64,000 nucleotides of DNA from Eledone cirrhosa (Eukaryota). The translations under genes were made by a program, and so were the position numbers. The notes beneath the pieces are model-generated. The model was not told the origin of the DNA and ran no database searches. It was given only the letters and a program-made list of their open reading frames with translations. Below, piece after piece: positions 1-11,791 of this stretch. Positions within the stretch are counted from its first letter, which is position 1; the number at the start of each line of letters is the position of its first letter. The stretch spans positions 137,144,001 through 137,208,000 of the forward strand of contig OZ024742.1 in assembly GCA_964016885.1 (NCBI GenBank), read 5' to 3'.

Positions 1-3000
1 TCAGCTGATAGCTGGATCCGTCCTACACGTGACAGCAGGTGTTTGACATAAACCCACAAGTCAGCAATGCTCGGACACTAGACGAGTGCGTGCAGGACGG
101 TTTCGTCGCCCTGTGCGCATCTCGGACATGCCCGCTGACGGCACCTCCATGCCTGTAGAGTTTATCTCGAACTGGCAAAGCTCACCGGTAGCACTGCCAG
201 GCCAGGGATTTCTGGAAGTTGTCCAGAGGCCCTGGCCCGAAAGTCCGTCCGAAGAGATTGGCTAGTTGATTTTCGTCGACGCCTAGAGTTTCTCCAAGTA
301 CGTCGTCGCTCTTCCCCTCCACTAATCCTCTATAGAACGCCAAGGTGGAGTTTCCACCGTTCACATTGCCCGATTGGTCGAGGGCTGTGAGCGCCTGAAG
401 AGATTCCAGTCCGCAAGCGCTCCCTCTCGGTCTTCGCTTGACCCAGGACTGCAGCTCCGTCAAGGAGACGAGCTGGGGAAAGACGTGTCTAGCAAACGGC
501 GACCACACCTGATCACCGACGAGGAAGAGGTGGAGATGTCGTAGCCTGAGCGCGTGTCTGCGCATCATCAACCACGGCATGCCCAGCCCTCCACGTAGCG
601 GGTGTTGACAGCAGATGGACCGCCTGACCATCGGAGCGCGTCCCTTCCACAAAGAGCGAAAGAGCAAACGCTCCAGCGCAGTCAGGCGGGGCTTAGGACA
701 AGGTACGACGGTCAGGCTGTAGTAGATCATGTATGCGAGCGATATACGCGTTAGCCACCTCCGCTCGACCTTTAAGGGATAGCTTCATCTCGGCCTATTT
801 CTGGGTGAGAGAAGCCACCCTGCTCGTCACCTCGTCCCAGATTTTGTCCGTCTGGAGATCCGGACCGAACCAGACCCCGAGAAATTTAACTGGTCCGTCC
901 GTCCAGCTCCCGACGACGCTGTTGGACAGCATGGACCTGCCTCTCCAGGTGCCGAGCTGCAGGCCCACTGACTTTTCTTGGTTGATCATTGCTCCTGTCA
1001 CCGCTTCGTATTCTCTTATTGTAGTGCCGATCGCCTCGATGTGTTTGGCGTTTGACACCACTGCAGTGACATCGTCCGCATATGCTGACACGGATCTTCC
1101 GCATCCTAGTTCGCGCGGGACCCCCCTCAACGTCTCCAGTTTGTGCAGTAATGGCTCGAGAGTCAATACGTACAAGAGGGACGAGAGGGGACATCCTTGG
1201 CGGACCGAGCGCATGATGTTGAACGGTTCCACAAGGTGACCGTTCACTCTCACCACAGAGCAGATGTTGCTGTGCATGGCAGCGATCCAGCCTCTGAAGA
1301 CGGGCCCAAAGCCAGCCGCCCTCAGGACTGCCGCTAGGTAACGATAGTCGACCCTATCGAAAGCTTTCTACTGATCTAAATTGATCAAGGACCCACCCGT
1401 GCCAGGTTCCCTAGCTACCCTCTATACGATGTATCGCATGAGGTGGAGATTGCCGTGGATAGATCTGTCGGGAATGGCGCATGTCTGCGCCTCTCCCACC
1501 AGACCAATGACAAGCGCCAACCTCTTTGCTAGCACCTTGGCCAACATTTTGAACACTGTGTTTAGTAAAGTTATGGGCCTAAAATTATCTATGTTATCCC
1601 CCTTTTTCGGATCCTTTCTCAGCAGCGCCACAGCTCCTCGGCTCACAGAGCTGGGAATTCTCCCGTTCTGTTGCCAGTTGCAGTAGACGTCCGCCAAGAG
1701 GCCTCCGAACAAGTCTGGCATCTGTACGTAAAGTTCATAGGGCAGACCATCCAAACCAGGCGATTTACCCCTTGTGCAGCCACTCATTGCCTCCCGTATT
1801 TCAGCAGCTGTTATCGGCTTTTCGCAACACTCCGGCTCAGTGGCCAAGAGCCGTGGCAGTCCGTCGAGGTAGACACTAAAGTCCATCCCTCGACCGGGCC
1901 CACCAATGCCCCCGAACAGCTGAGCGAAATGTCGCTGAAAAGCTTCACACATTTGCCCGGGATCGAGTAGCATGCGCCCGTCATTGTCCACCAAAGACCG
2001 GATCGTGGCTTTGTTGGCACGACGCGCCTCCGCCACTCGGGCCCATTGAACGGCTTTCGTCCTCTCGTGTCTGAGAGCACGCACCCTAGCTCTGACAGCG
2101 CAGCCTTCGTGCTTTCATTGAAGAATTGGTCAATGGCCAGTTGCGACGCAAGCACGTCGGTCGCGATGCCTTTGCTAAGCGCCTCGTCTAATTTTCTAAC
2201 TAGTTCTCCCTCTGCTCTATTTTTCTCTATTGCTAAAGCCTTACTAAACCTAATGGACTCTATTCTAATCGCTATTTTTAGAGCAAACCAGCACTTGTTG
2301 TTGACGATGGCCCCCGTCAACGCCCGCTTAACTAGATCGCTAATCCAGTTTCTGTAGGCCTTGCGCGCTGGTAAGGACGCGTTTAGCTTCCAGTAGCCGG
2401 GTCCTCGTCTATGAAGCCTATCTAAATCAAGCACACAGATCACAAATTTGTGATCCGTGTAGCTGACTACATTGAATTGTAGACAGCCTATGCTAGACCT
2501 ATCTATTTCCCTACAAAATACTCTATCTAGATATGATCTGGATGACCCTACGCGATTTGTCCAAGTCAACACTGGCACATTCGGGAAATCCAATCGGTAC
2601 CTGTCAGACAGATCAAAACACCTGAGCAGGCTGGTGAGGCTCTTGCACCCTCCTCCCCTATCCACTAATCCCACAGTCCTAGCGTGCATCTAAGATCCCG
2701 TTCCAGTCGCCCACTAACACTAAAGAGCGGGACGTTCCAAGAAAGGTCTCCAGACGCCTGAAGAAATCAGGCCGCCCTGCTCCTGTCGGGGCATAGACGG
2801 CCACTAGCCTGAAAGCTTGCCCGTCTCCGCTGGTCAAGTCCAGCACCACCAACTTACCCTCTGGGTCCAGGAAGATGGCCCGTATGGCGATATCCAAACC
2901 TCTCCGAAAAAGCACAGCAACTCCTCCCCACGATCCAGGACAGCTGGGAGATGCGTACACATCGTAGCCGCCGAAGATCGGTGCGAAGGCCCGTGCCTCG

Positions 3001-3128
3001 GAGATTCTGGTCTCGCTGATGGCCACTATATCTATGTTTAGTGACCTGAGGTCGTTGAGCAGGTGAGGCTGCTTCCATGACGACCCCAAGCCACTTGCAT
3101 TTATGCTGCCTATTCTGAGTGAGGTCAT
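1..3128 (-). pseudogene. ORF2 (APE endonuclease, reverse transcriptase, CCHC zinc finger), frameshifted
   Basis: APE motifs IGSINASGL, ISET, VYAP, LVGDWN, YLDRVF, TDHKFV, GPGYWKLN. RT motifs KSPGLDGLP, NFRPITLLN, VRQGCPLS, AYADD, FLGVWF. Bases 1-130 (minus) read CPRCAQGDETVLHALV*CP. Confidence 0.93.
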
Positions 3129-3162
3129 GTTGAAATGGAGTGGAAAAGATGGGAAAGACCAC

Positions 3163-5120
3163 TTACCTTACTTCTCGTAGAGGAACGATGGTGTGTCCAT
3201 CCTTTTCACTGCTTGTGGCCTCCTCCGGAAGGATGTCCTTATAAATCCTCCTGGAGAGTGTTTGTCGGAAGTCTACGATGTCTTTGCGGAATTTTTGTTT
3301 TAGTGTCATGTACGTTTTCTGTGTGATATGAGTGATTTGTATGTGCGGAGGTGGTGTGAACTTTTGGGTTGTTGTGTAGTCTTTTTCTGTGATGCTGGTG
3401 TTGTGTTCCATGTAGTGTAATAATTGGTTGTTGTTAAAATTTAATGCTGCGTAGTGTGTATCGTTTTGGTTGTTTTGTTTTGTTTGCGTTTGTTGTGGGT
3501 TTGTTTCTGTTACGCATTTTGGTGACTTTTGTGGTGTTGGTGATGGTGGTGTTGGGGTTAATGATGGTGATAGTGTTGGTGTTTGTGGTGATGGGGTTGG
3601 TGATGCTGGTGTGGATGGTGGCATATATGTCTTAACTTTCTTGTTCGATAATTTATTTGTTTCCCTCTGTATTTTGTTTTTTGAGGGGGAAGGAAGAGAT
3701 TTTCTTCTTTTTTGGTTTCTTTTTTTTTCTTTTTTCCTGATACCGTTTCCCACTCCTCGTCGTCACAATCTGTCTCCAGTTGCGATAAGCCTGGAAGTAG
3801 AAAATCCTCCACAGGCGTTGGTTTTGGTTGTGGCGTGGCGGATGGTGTAGGCGCTGGTGCTAGTTCTGGGGCGTTGGGTGGTGGTGGTGTTGGTTTTGCT
3901 ACTGTTGCTGGGGTTGTCGCTGTTACAGTTGCTTCTGTTGTTGCTGCTACAGTTGTTGCTGCTATTTCTGCTGCTGGTGGTGTTGATGGTTGAGTCACTG
4001 GGGTGGGTAAGAGAGGTGGCCTCAACCTTTTAGCCTGAGGTCAGAAAGCCCTTATGTGGGTTCCTTCACCACAAACGACACACCTAGGTCTTCTGCCCTC
4101 GACGATTACGGTGACGTGGCTGCCGTCAGTGAAGTCTATTAACTCTGGGATCTCCTCAATGCTTTTATGGTCCGCTTGGATCAGGAGCTCTATCCCAGAT
4201 CCGGACCAGTTCTCCTGCTTTTCTTTTGCTATTTCTATTATTTTGGTGTTGGCCTCGATGCCGGAGAGGACGGCAGCCATTAACCAGGGAATTTCGATGG
4301 CCGGTGGAACGTGGGTCACACTGATCTTCACAAGTCTCTGGCCACAATAGCTTGGGATGAGTGTGAAGTCGTCACTTCTTAATGGGGCCATGGAGTGTTC
4401 TCTGGCCTCCTGTGGTGTTTCAAAGAACACGTCCACGGTTCCATACTTCTGCCCACGTCTGATGTGGGTTTTTTTTGCCCACACATGTCCCAAAGCTTTT
4501 GGGATTTGGGACTCAGATGCCCGTTCCACTCGGCGCGATCTTATGTTTATTGTCCGATAAGACACGGTGCTTTGGCGACGTTGTTCCATTTTATTAGGGG
4601 GGGGGGGCTGACCCTGTACCCATCTTTCTTTACCATTCCTTTGGCTTCCTCTAATTCTTCCTGAGTTACCTGGATCGCTTCGCACGTTTTTGCTACTCTG
4701 GCAAAACTCATGGTAGCTTTCTTAATTTCATTGTTGTTGTTGTTATTATCGTTATTTTTGTTATTGTTAATTTTAGTTTCAGTTGTGGTGGTGGTGGCGT
4801 CAGTGGTGTTCGGTGTGGAAGAGTTCATTTTGGTTGAATTCATTTCGATATCATGAGTTAATTTATTTTTTATCTTCTTTTGTTTCTGTTGAGGCGGTGG
4901 TGGTGGTGGGGGTGGTGGTTGTCGCGGTGATGGTGGTTGTGGTGGCGGCTTTAACACCTGCAGTCATTGGTAATGGCGGGAAATGAACGTCTGCCTGAGA
5001 CAAATTTAAAATATTGCTACTGCCTACAATTCCAATGTTGGAAAACGTAGTAATATTTACAATGGTGGTGTCGGTCTGAGGTCTTAGTTTGTGAGGAAGG
5101 AGTGAATCTGAGTTATCCAT
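3163..5120 (-). pseudogene. ORF1 (gag-like nucleic-acid-binding protein) of the Tx1/L1 element, frameshifted
   Basis: Overlapping ORF pieces 5120-4863, 4957-4547, 4685-4041, 4025-3558 and 3753-3163. RRM-like segment, zinc knuckle CVVCGEGTHIRAF* (last Cys is TGA, in frame with the next ORF), Pro/Thr-rich linker, and WETVSGKKKKK basic motif. Confidence 0.8.
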
Positions 5121-5337
5121 TATTTTTCAAAGAAAAAATTTTTTGTTTGATAATTATAAAAAGTTTAAATTTTGGGCTGCAGGCCCCAATATTTTTGAGT
5201 GTCCTTTTCAGAAATCAATGTATGTGCACTTATATATAGTTAACAATAACAATTTTCCATAAATGGCAATTTTAAATAACTGAAAATAACAAACCATTGC
5301 GGAGCTTACGATGATACGATTTACTACGTAGGTCGCC

Positions 5338-5387
<50 letters not shown>
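5338..5387. repeat. (AAT)n microsatellite, probably the tail of the adjacent SINE
   Basis: Direct reading. Confidence 0.95.
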
Positions 5388-5388
<1 letters not shown>

Positions 5389-5389
5389 T

Positions 5390-5500
5390 TATTATTTGTT
5401 TCTCACAAGGCAAGCAATTTTTGGGGAAGAGAAAATCCATTGAATCGACCCCATTGCAATACTGGTGCTTTATTTATCGAACCCATAAGGATTAAAATTA
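5390..5500 (-). mobile_element. 3' part of the abundant tRNA-derived SINE (family S1)
   Basis: Matches the reverse complement of S1 copies (ggttcgataaataaagcaccagt...aattgcttgccttgtg). Confidence 0.7.
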
Positions 5501-6155
5501 AAGCTATAGCTACACAAGGCTGACATTAAGGAAATATTAAAGATGGTACTGGACAATACAGTGAAGGTTTTTTTTAATAAAATAAAATTTATAAAGAGAC
5601 TAAGAAAATAAACATTTAAAAACAAACTTCCCAAACAAATTCCCCAAAGGAGTTTCACTCGTAGAGAAATCCCATAAAAGCCATGATCACCCTGTCCGCT
5701 GGGGAAAGTGTACTCTCCCAGTTCTTCTCCTCCAATCTACAGATGTATGCTGAAGTCAGGCCTATTTCCTAAAGAATTAATCTCTGGTTTTTTTGAAAAC
5801 AAACCCAAGAACACGTTGTTACCATTCCATTAACATCTGCGTGGATACCGTAATCTACATGCTGAATCAGTGATAACATGTATCACACAATCATTATCCA
5901 CTCATTTATAAGTACAATCCATCAACTACAAGCTTCGTATCTACTTTAGGATAGGTTACACTTACCTAAGATTCTACGTAAGGAGACTTCATGATAAGCC
6001 GAAAATATTAAATACCATATCAGTGTCCCTGTATGTAAAGATACATAGATGCACACAGCCAGACGGGCAGACTTTCATGCGCGCACACACGCACATGTAC
6101 ATGTACATTGCATATTCATATATAATTATTTCTTTATTCAGTTCCATAAATATCC

Positions 6156-6340
<185 letters not shown>

Positions 6341-6429
6341 TTAAGGTGCAAGTTAATTGCGGTCCATCACTACTCAATAAACGTACTGAAGATATAACAA
6401 ATCATCCTTAAACTATTATTATTAATATA

Positions 6430-6615
6430 GGTGGATTGGCAGTATCGGTAGCGGGTCTAACGCCATGCTTTGCAGCAATGAGTTACGAACCTTTATGGTC
6501 TGAGTTCAAATCCCGCAGAAGTTAACTTCTCCTTTCATCATTACAGGGTCGATAAAATAAAGTAACAGTAATACACTAAGATAATTGCTGGCCTTGTACC
6601 AAATGTAGAAAAAAA

Positions 6616-6622
<7 letters not shown>
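6430..6622 (+). mobile_element. tRNA-derived SINE S1
   Basis: A-box-like TGGCAGTATCGG, B-box GAGTTCAAATCCC, central domain ctttcatc...gggtcgataaaataaagtaacagt (resembles the Meta/MESC SINE domain, from memory), ATT tail. Confidence 0.85.
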
Positions 6623-6653
<31 letters not shown>

Positions 6654-6657
<4 letters not shown>

Positions 6658-6753
6658 GTTTCTATCTACATTTGGGACAAGGCCAGCAATTATCTCAGTG
6701 TATTACTGGTACTTTATTTTATCGACCCTGTAAGCATGAAAGAGAAAGTTAAC
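6654..6753 (-). mobile_element. Inverted partial SINE S1, fold-back partner of 6521-6619
   Basis: Near-identical reverse complement of 6521-6619. Confidence 0.85.
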
Positions 6754-6756
6754 ACT

Positions 6757-6800
<44 letters not shown>

Positions 6801-6808
<8 letters not shown>

Positions 6809-6930
6809 TAACAGATTAAAGTTTAAGCAAAAAATCGCTGCTTTTACCCTTAGCGGGATCTTCTGAAATGAATATTTGCTCCAGGGTCCCTATATATTTG
6901 ATATATATTTATTCTTATCGAGCCCTCTCT
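6801..6930. mobile_element. Rearranged copy of the 161-nt hammerhead-like unit (family H1): segment A inverted, then segment B forward
   Basis: Matches 26107-26274 and 53782-54017. Confidence 0.75.
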
Positions 6931-6939
6931 GGGCTGTAC

Positions 6940-7078
6940 GGATATAGCTGTCGAAACGGCTGGAGCTCAACCGTCGGGTTCCTGATTATTTTCCTATTAC
7001 TCACTCTACTACCCTACGTATTGAATACTTTGGTTCGTTATGGTCCACCTGGTATCTTACCAAACCCTCTTTGTTATG
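6940..7078 (+). mobile_element. Short non-coding repeat family H2 (half-hammerhead; PLE pLTR/retrozyme-like)
   Basis: Homologous to 54150-54288 and to the reverse complement of 53341-53470. Confidence 0.7.
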
Positions 7079-7548
7079 TATTGTCTAATTCATTATACGT
7101 ATTTCAAAGATGCAAAGGTAGTTACGTAATAAACACTCTGCACGTTTTCTTCAGATTAATCGAGATGTGGTTTTCTATCCATTGTAATGTGACGAGTTTA
7201 GTGTTATTAACATCGCTGTCCCGTTCACATATGAATTTTTTTTTTTGTCATAGCACTTCTATTTGGAGCGGGAGACATTATTGTTGCTGGCGTTGGTGAT
7301 TGAAAGCTGGCTCTGGTATCGAATTACCAGAGGGGTCATTTGTTTCTTAGAATGGCTATAAGGCAGTGTTAATTTCTTTTATTTCTGGGCTTAATTCTAC
7401 ATACATAGATTTCATAATATATAAAAGTCAAAATAGATAGAATAACAAATAAAAGTTGAAATAGGAAGATAGAAGATGAGAAGAGGAAAGAACAGAAAAT
7501 AGTTTATTGAGAAAATGCACGTGTGTATTCATTCAGCCATTTGAGGGA

Positions 7549-7587
<39 letters not shown>

Positions 7588-7718
7588 AATATATATATAT
7601 AATATATGTGTGTGTGAGTGAGTGCATCCGTGGTGGTGTCTATGTTATGTGTGTACAGTATATTTAGATATAGTTATGTAAATGAAAATGCAGACAGATA
7701 AACAAGTTAGTTGATAGT

Positions 7719-7762
<44 letters not shown>

Positions 7763-8351
7763 GGTGTGTATGTATATATATATAACATGCCTATGAAGAA
7801 TGACTCAACTTCATACATAACTATGCCAATGTATGTTTTTTATGCATATGTGAATATACACTCACATTCATCAGAGATAAACCTATAGGCAAAGAACTAG
7901 TCCTATGGGAATCAGTTGAATGAATGCAGCGAAACGAAAGCAATTCCTTAAAGAAGGTGGGTAATCCCACATGTAAAGCACGAGTATTATTATGATTGGA
8001 TGTTTTACTTTGATGAGGGGCATCTATATCCTACGACAGTGTGTTGTTCATTGTTTGCTTTGAGCTCAAAATAATGAGAAAGTTCTAGAAATAGACTTAG
8101 AATTATCTGGCTTCAACAGTAGTAACGTTTGGAATAAATAACGGGAGTGTAGGCAAAAATTGATCTATTTGAAGATTTTAATTACACACTCAGACGAGTA
8201 CTCGTAAAGCTAAATTAGCATGTATGTATGTATGTATGTATATTTATTCATTTACATCTCTCTCTGTCGCTCACTCTCTCTATATATATGCATATATATA
8301 GAGAGAGACAGCAACAGAGAGTGAGCGACAGGAAGAGATGTAAATGAATAA

Positions 8352-8452
<101 letters not shown>

Positions 8453-8470
8453 AATATATATATAGAAAGA

Positions 8471-8501
<31 letters not shown>

Positions 8502-8960
8502 GGAAAGAGAATATATATATATATTCAAACGTGCCTATGTATGCCATTTTCTTCTTCAGCGAGAATGAATAGAATTCGTGAAAATCCTAGTAATGTAGTA
8601 ATGCTGATGGCACGAGATATTAGCGAACATCTCATGCTGTGACATTCGTGGTATACGAGTGACTCGAATGTAAACCTACAAATTAGCATTTTGCTTTTGT
8701 CTCCAGCCGTCTAATACGAAACCGGTTAGCTTAACAGTATCTATATAATCGGTTTCTACTAATCAACTAACGGAACAACCGGTTTATCAGCTTAGCTTGA
8801 AAGCTGTAAACAAACATGCCTATTGCACCACCTGTGTACCAATGAAGTTTATGTAGTAGATGATATATTAGCATGTATCTCAGGTCTAACAAATGGATAA
8901 AGTTACCCTAATGTTCGCAGTGTTTCCAGGCGTGTAAACTAGTCATTATAGGTTGGGTCA

Positions 8961-9174
8961 GGGCGAGGTTTTGGCTGTATCGGTAGAGCGTCAGACACCA
9001 TGCTTTGCAACATAGAGTTATGGCCCTTTGCGTTCTGAGTTCAAATTCCGCCGTGGTTAACTTTGGCTTTCATCCTTACGGGGTCGATAAAATAAAGCAC
9101 CAGTAACGTACTGAGGTCGATTTAATCGACTTTCCCTTCTCCCCAAATTACTAGTCTTGGGCCTATACTAGAAA
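8961..9174 (+). mobile_element. Full-length SINE S1 with an 18-bp target-site duplication
   Basis: A/B boxes; TSD tcattataggttgg(g/a)tca at 8943-8960 and 9175-9192. Confidence 0.9.
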
Positions 9175-9732
9175 TCATTATAGGTTGGATCAATTGTCAC
9201 ACGCAGGAGATGCACTACCACAACAAAAATACTAGCTATCAAATTTTCCTGGGTTTTGTTGCAGCGTAGTTAATCCTAAAGGATATAGAAAAAGAATTAG
9301 CACCAAGACATGAACTCATCAAGAAAGATACATCTGTATTGATAATAAAGTTACGTTAGCTTCAATGCAGATAACTCTAAATAAAAGTCCATATTTTATG
9401 TCTCCATGGTTATTTTACTTGATTATTCAGCTATAATTCATAATTATCTCTATTGAAACTGACATAATTTCAAATTTCAAATTTCGCCAATGCTTCGTAA
9501 ATTAACCAAAAAGAAATGTTATTTATACTTTAAGCTTCTAAAGGTAGGGAAATGTGGGACAGATCCGCTTAAATGTAATTATTAGACACTCGTCCAACAT
9601 AAGTGAGATGGGTGGTTCGGTTCCTGCAGATGTCTCTCTCTCCTTTTCTCTATCTCCCGGGTACTCTACTCGACTTATTCAACCACTATTTATAATTATC
9701 AACTTTTATTTATCATATATCCTTGTGTTAAA

Positions 9733-9900
9733 GGCAGTGTGGGTTAGGAGTTCACTTGGCAAATACATTGATTTGAATTCAGATGCACTGCTTAGTACAT
9801 TGGGAAGTGTGTTCTACTAAAGCGATAGTAGAATTAATACGGCTTGTGAGTGAAATAAATTTGGTGAACGGAAACTGTGTGAACGCCTGTCATATATATA
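9733..9900 (+). mobile_element. Degraded tRNA-derived SINE of a second family
   Basis: tRNA-like head (gcagtgtgggttaggag...ttgaattcag) and tail cggaaactgtgtgaacgcctgtcatatata. Confidence 0.45.
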
Positions 9901-9945
9901 TACATAGCAGTGAAACCCATGCTAGTCCCGTCAAATTCATCATTA

Positions 9946-10160
9946 TCAGTATCGGTAGAGGGTCGGACGACATGCTTTGCAGCATAGAGTTACGGCCCTT
10001 TATGATCTGAGTTCAAATCCCGCCGAGGTTACCTTTGCCTTTCATCCTTTCGGGGTCGGTAAAATAAAGTACCAGTCACGCACGTGGGTCGATTTAATCG
10101 ACTTTCCCATCACCCAAAATTGCTGGCCTTGTTTCTATATAAGAAACCATTATTATTATT
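9946..10160 (+). mobile_element. SINE S1
   Basis: cagtatcggtagag...gagttcaaatcccgccgagg...ggggtcggtaaaataaagtaccagt...(att)n. Confidence 0.88.
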
Positions 10161-10204
10161 GTTATATATATAATAAAAAGGACGATTTTTTGTCTTCATT
10201 ACTT

Positions 10205-10295
10205 AGTAGTGACACGCGTTTCGCTATTGATTAGATCAAGGTTCAATCCGTATCGATCTAGCCTGATTCTGAAATCAGTAGCTCGTCGGACTGCT
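10205..10295 (-). ncRNA. Hammerhead ribozyme-like motif (type I, long stem II) in a ~200-bp (TA)n-flanked element
   Basis: Minus strand reads agcagt-CCGACGA-GCTACTGATT...AATCAATAGC-GAAA-CGCGT-GTC-actact. One core deviation (CCGACGA for CUGANGA). Confidence 0.6.
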
Positions 10296-11472
10296 GTTGT
10301 GTCATTACCACGATCGAGTGTTCAGTCTGGTAAACCTATAGTAACTGGACGTCACAATCCCTATATTTATATATATATATATATATAATTTAATAAAAAC
10401 AATGAATAAAAACAAAGAACAAGTTCCTTATATTAAAAAAATTCATCATTTTACGATCGTTTCTAGGATATGTATGTTTGTTGGTATGTATAACATATAG
10501 ATCTATGTAAAAATATTACAAACTATCAGAGGAAATATACATACCTTCACATATATATGCTGTCTTCAGAAATGATGAGATTTGTTTATTGAAAAGAAAA
10601 CAACAAAGATTTAATATAATAGGTCTGTTTGGGATCAGGTTTTGAATTGACCAATAGAAAAGTAGTAAGAGGTCAAGTTGATCGAATAGTAGTAGTAGAA
10701 ATTTAATTTAGAGGTAGAGAGGTGCAGACTTATGTTTTGAATAGAAATAATACTTTGAATGAAAAGAATACTTTGGGGTCAATTCAAAACCTGGTTGGTT
10801 TAATATTTAATTTATCTATCTAGTGAAAATAAAAATATATAGTCACCAAAACTATTTATATAAATACTTATATAAATAACCCGTTGTTATATAATAAACT
10901 AAAATATACTTACAACCTTAAAATATACTTATAAACATTCTCTATATAATATCATAACTCATGATTTGAATAGATCCAATAATTTCTTGTATATCTCAAT
11001 TTTTTTTAATTTTAAATTGGTATTCTACCACTCTAAACACATTCTTAACTCTCATATTATTTTATAGATTCTGTACTACCAAAATATATGATTACATAAT
11101 TAAATAATTAAATATAATTATATCATTCTCTTTACACCATCCCTGATATGATCCATACAATTTTATCTTAATAATAATAGTGTATTTCTAACTATAATTT
11201 TTTTCTTATAATCATTCCTTAAATTTTCTTACACCATGTTATTAATATTAGCCACTTTTTTTTCTTTTTATAAATTAACCTTATAAATTATCTTAATAAT
11301 TATTTAAATTTACCTAGCGTCTAAATATAACGATCTTTTTCCAGCCTTACATTTCAACCTCATTTACATATTCATCCTAAGGATTTGAAATTTTTCTTTC
11401 ATTGTCCAAACTGAACCTGAACCGATAAGGTCTGGTTTCTTGGGCACGTCAAAATTTATAAAGCAAATTTTG

Positions 11473-11533
11473 TATTTTATCTGATGAGTGCGTACCAAAA
11501 TGTTGGTACCCTTGAAATATATATAATAAAATA
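11473..11533 (+). ncRNA. Minimal type I hammerhead ribozyme (PLE-type)
   Basis: tattttat-CTGATGA-gtgcgtaccaaaatgttggtaccctt-GAAA-tatata-TA-ataaaata: 8-bp stem I, hairpin stem II, palindromic TATATA stem III. Confidence 0.75.
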
Positions 11534-11574
11534 AATATGGTTTTATAAATATAGTTTCCATTCATTAATATCAT

Positions 11575-11683
<109 letters not shown>

Positions 11684-11724
11684 TTCAAAATATTAACAAA
11701 AATAGAACTTCTTGTGATCAAGTA

Positions 11725-11791
11725 TATTTTATTATATATATTACAGAGGTACTGAGCTAACTTCAACAGTACGTCCTCATTAGATAAAATA
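11725..11791 (-). ncRNA. Degenerate hammerhead motif at the inferred 3' end of the PLE
   Basis: Minus strand reads tattttat-CTAATGA-ggacgtactg...cagtacctct-GTAA-tatata-TA-ataaaata. Stems I and III are identical to 11473-11533; two core mutations. Confidence 0.6.

Larger units (their letters stand above)
1..5337 (-). mobile_element. Tx1/L1-clade non-LTR retrotransposon with 5' end present; 3' end runs off the window; disrupted by frameshifts and stops
   Basis: ORF1 pieces at 5120-3163, then ORF2 from 3128 with APE endonuclease, RT and C-terminal CCHC. The 5' end (GGCGACCTACG...) abuts (ATT)n. Confidence 0.92.

Noticed and set aside
733-2357. Plus-strand ORFs overlapping the LINE ORF2
   Set aside because: Antisense shadows of a GC-rich coding sequence
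4041-4043. In-frame TGA at the last Cys of the ORF1 zinc knuckle (possible selenocysteine or readthrough)
   Set aside because: The element has many other disabling mutations, a single TGY-to-TGA change is the simplest explanation, and no SECIS was seen
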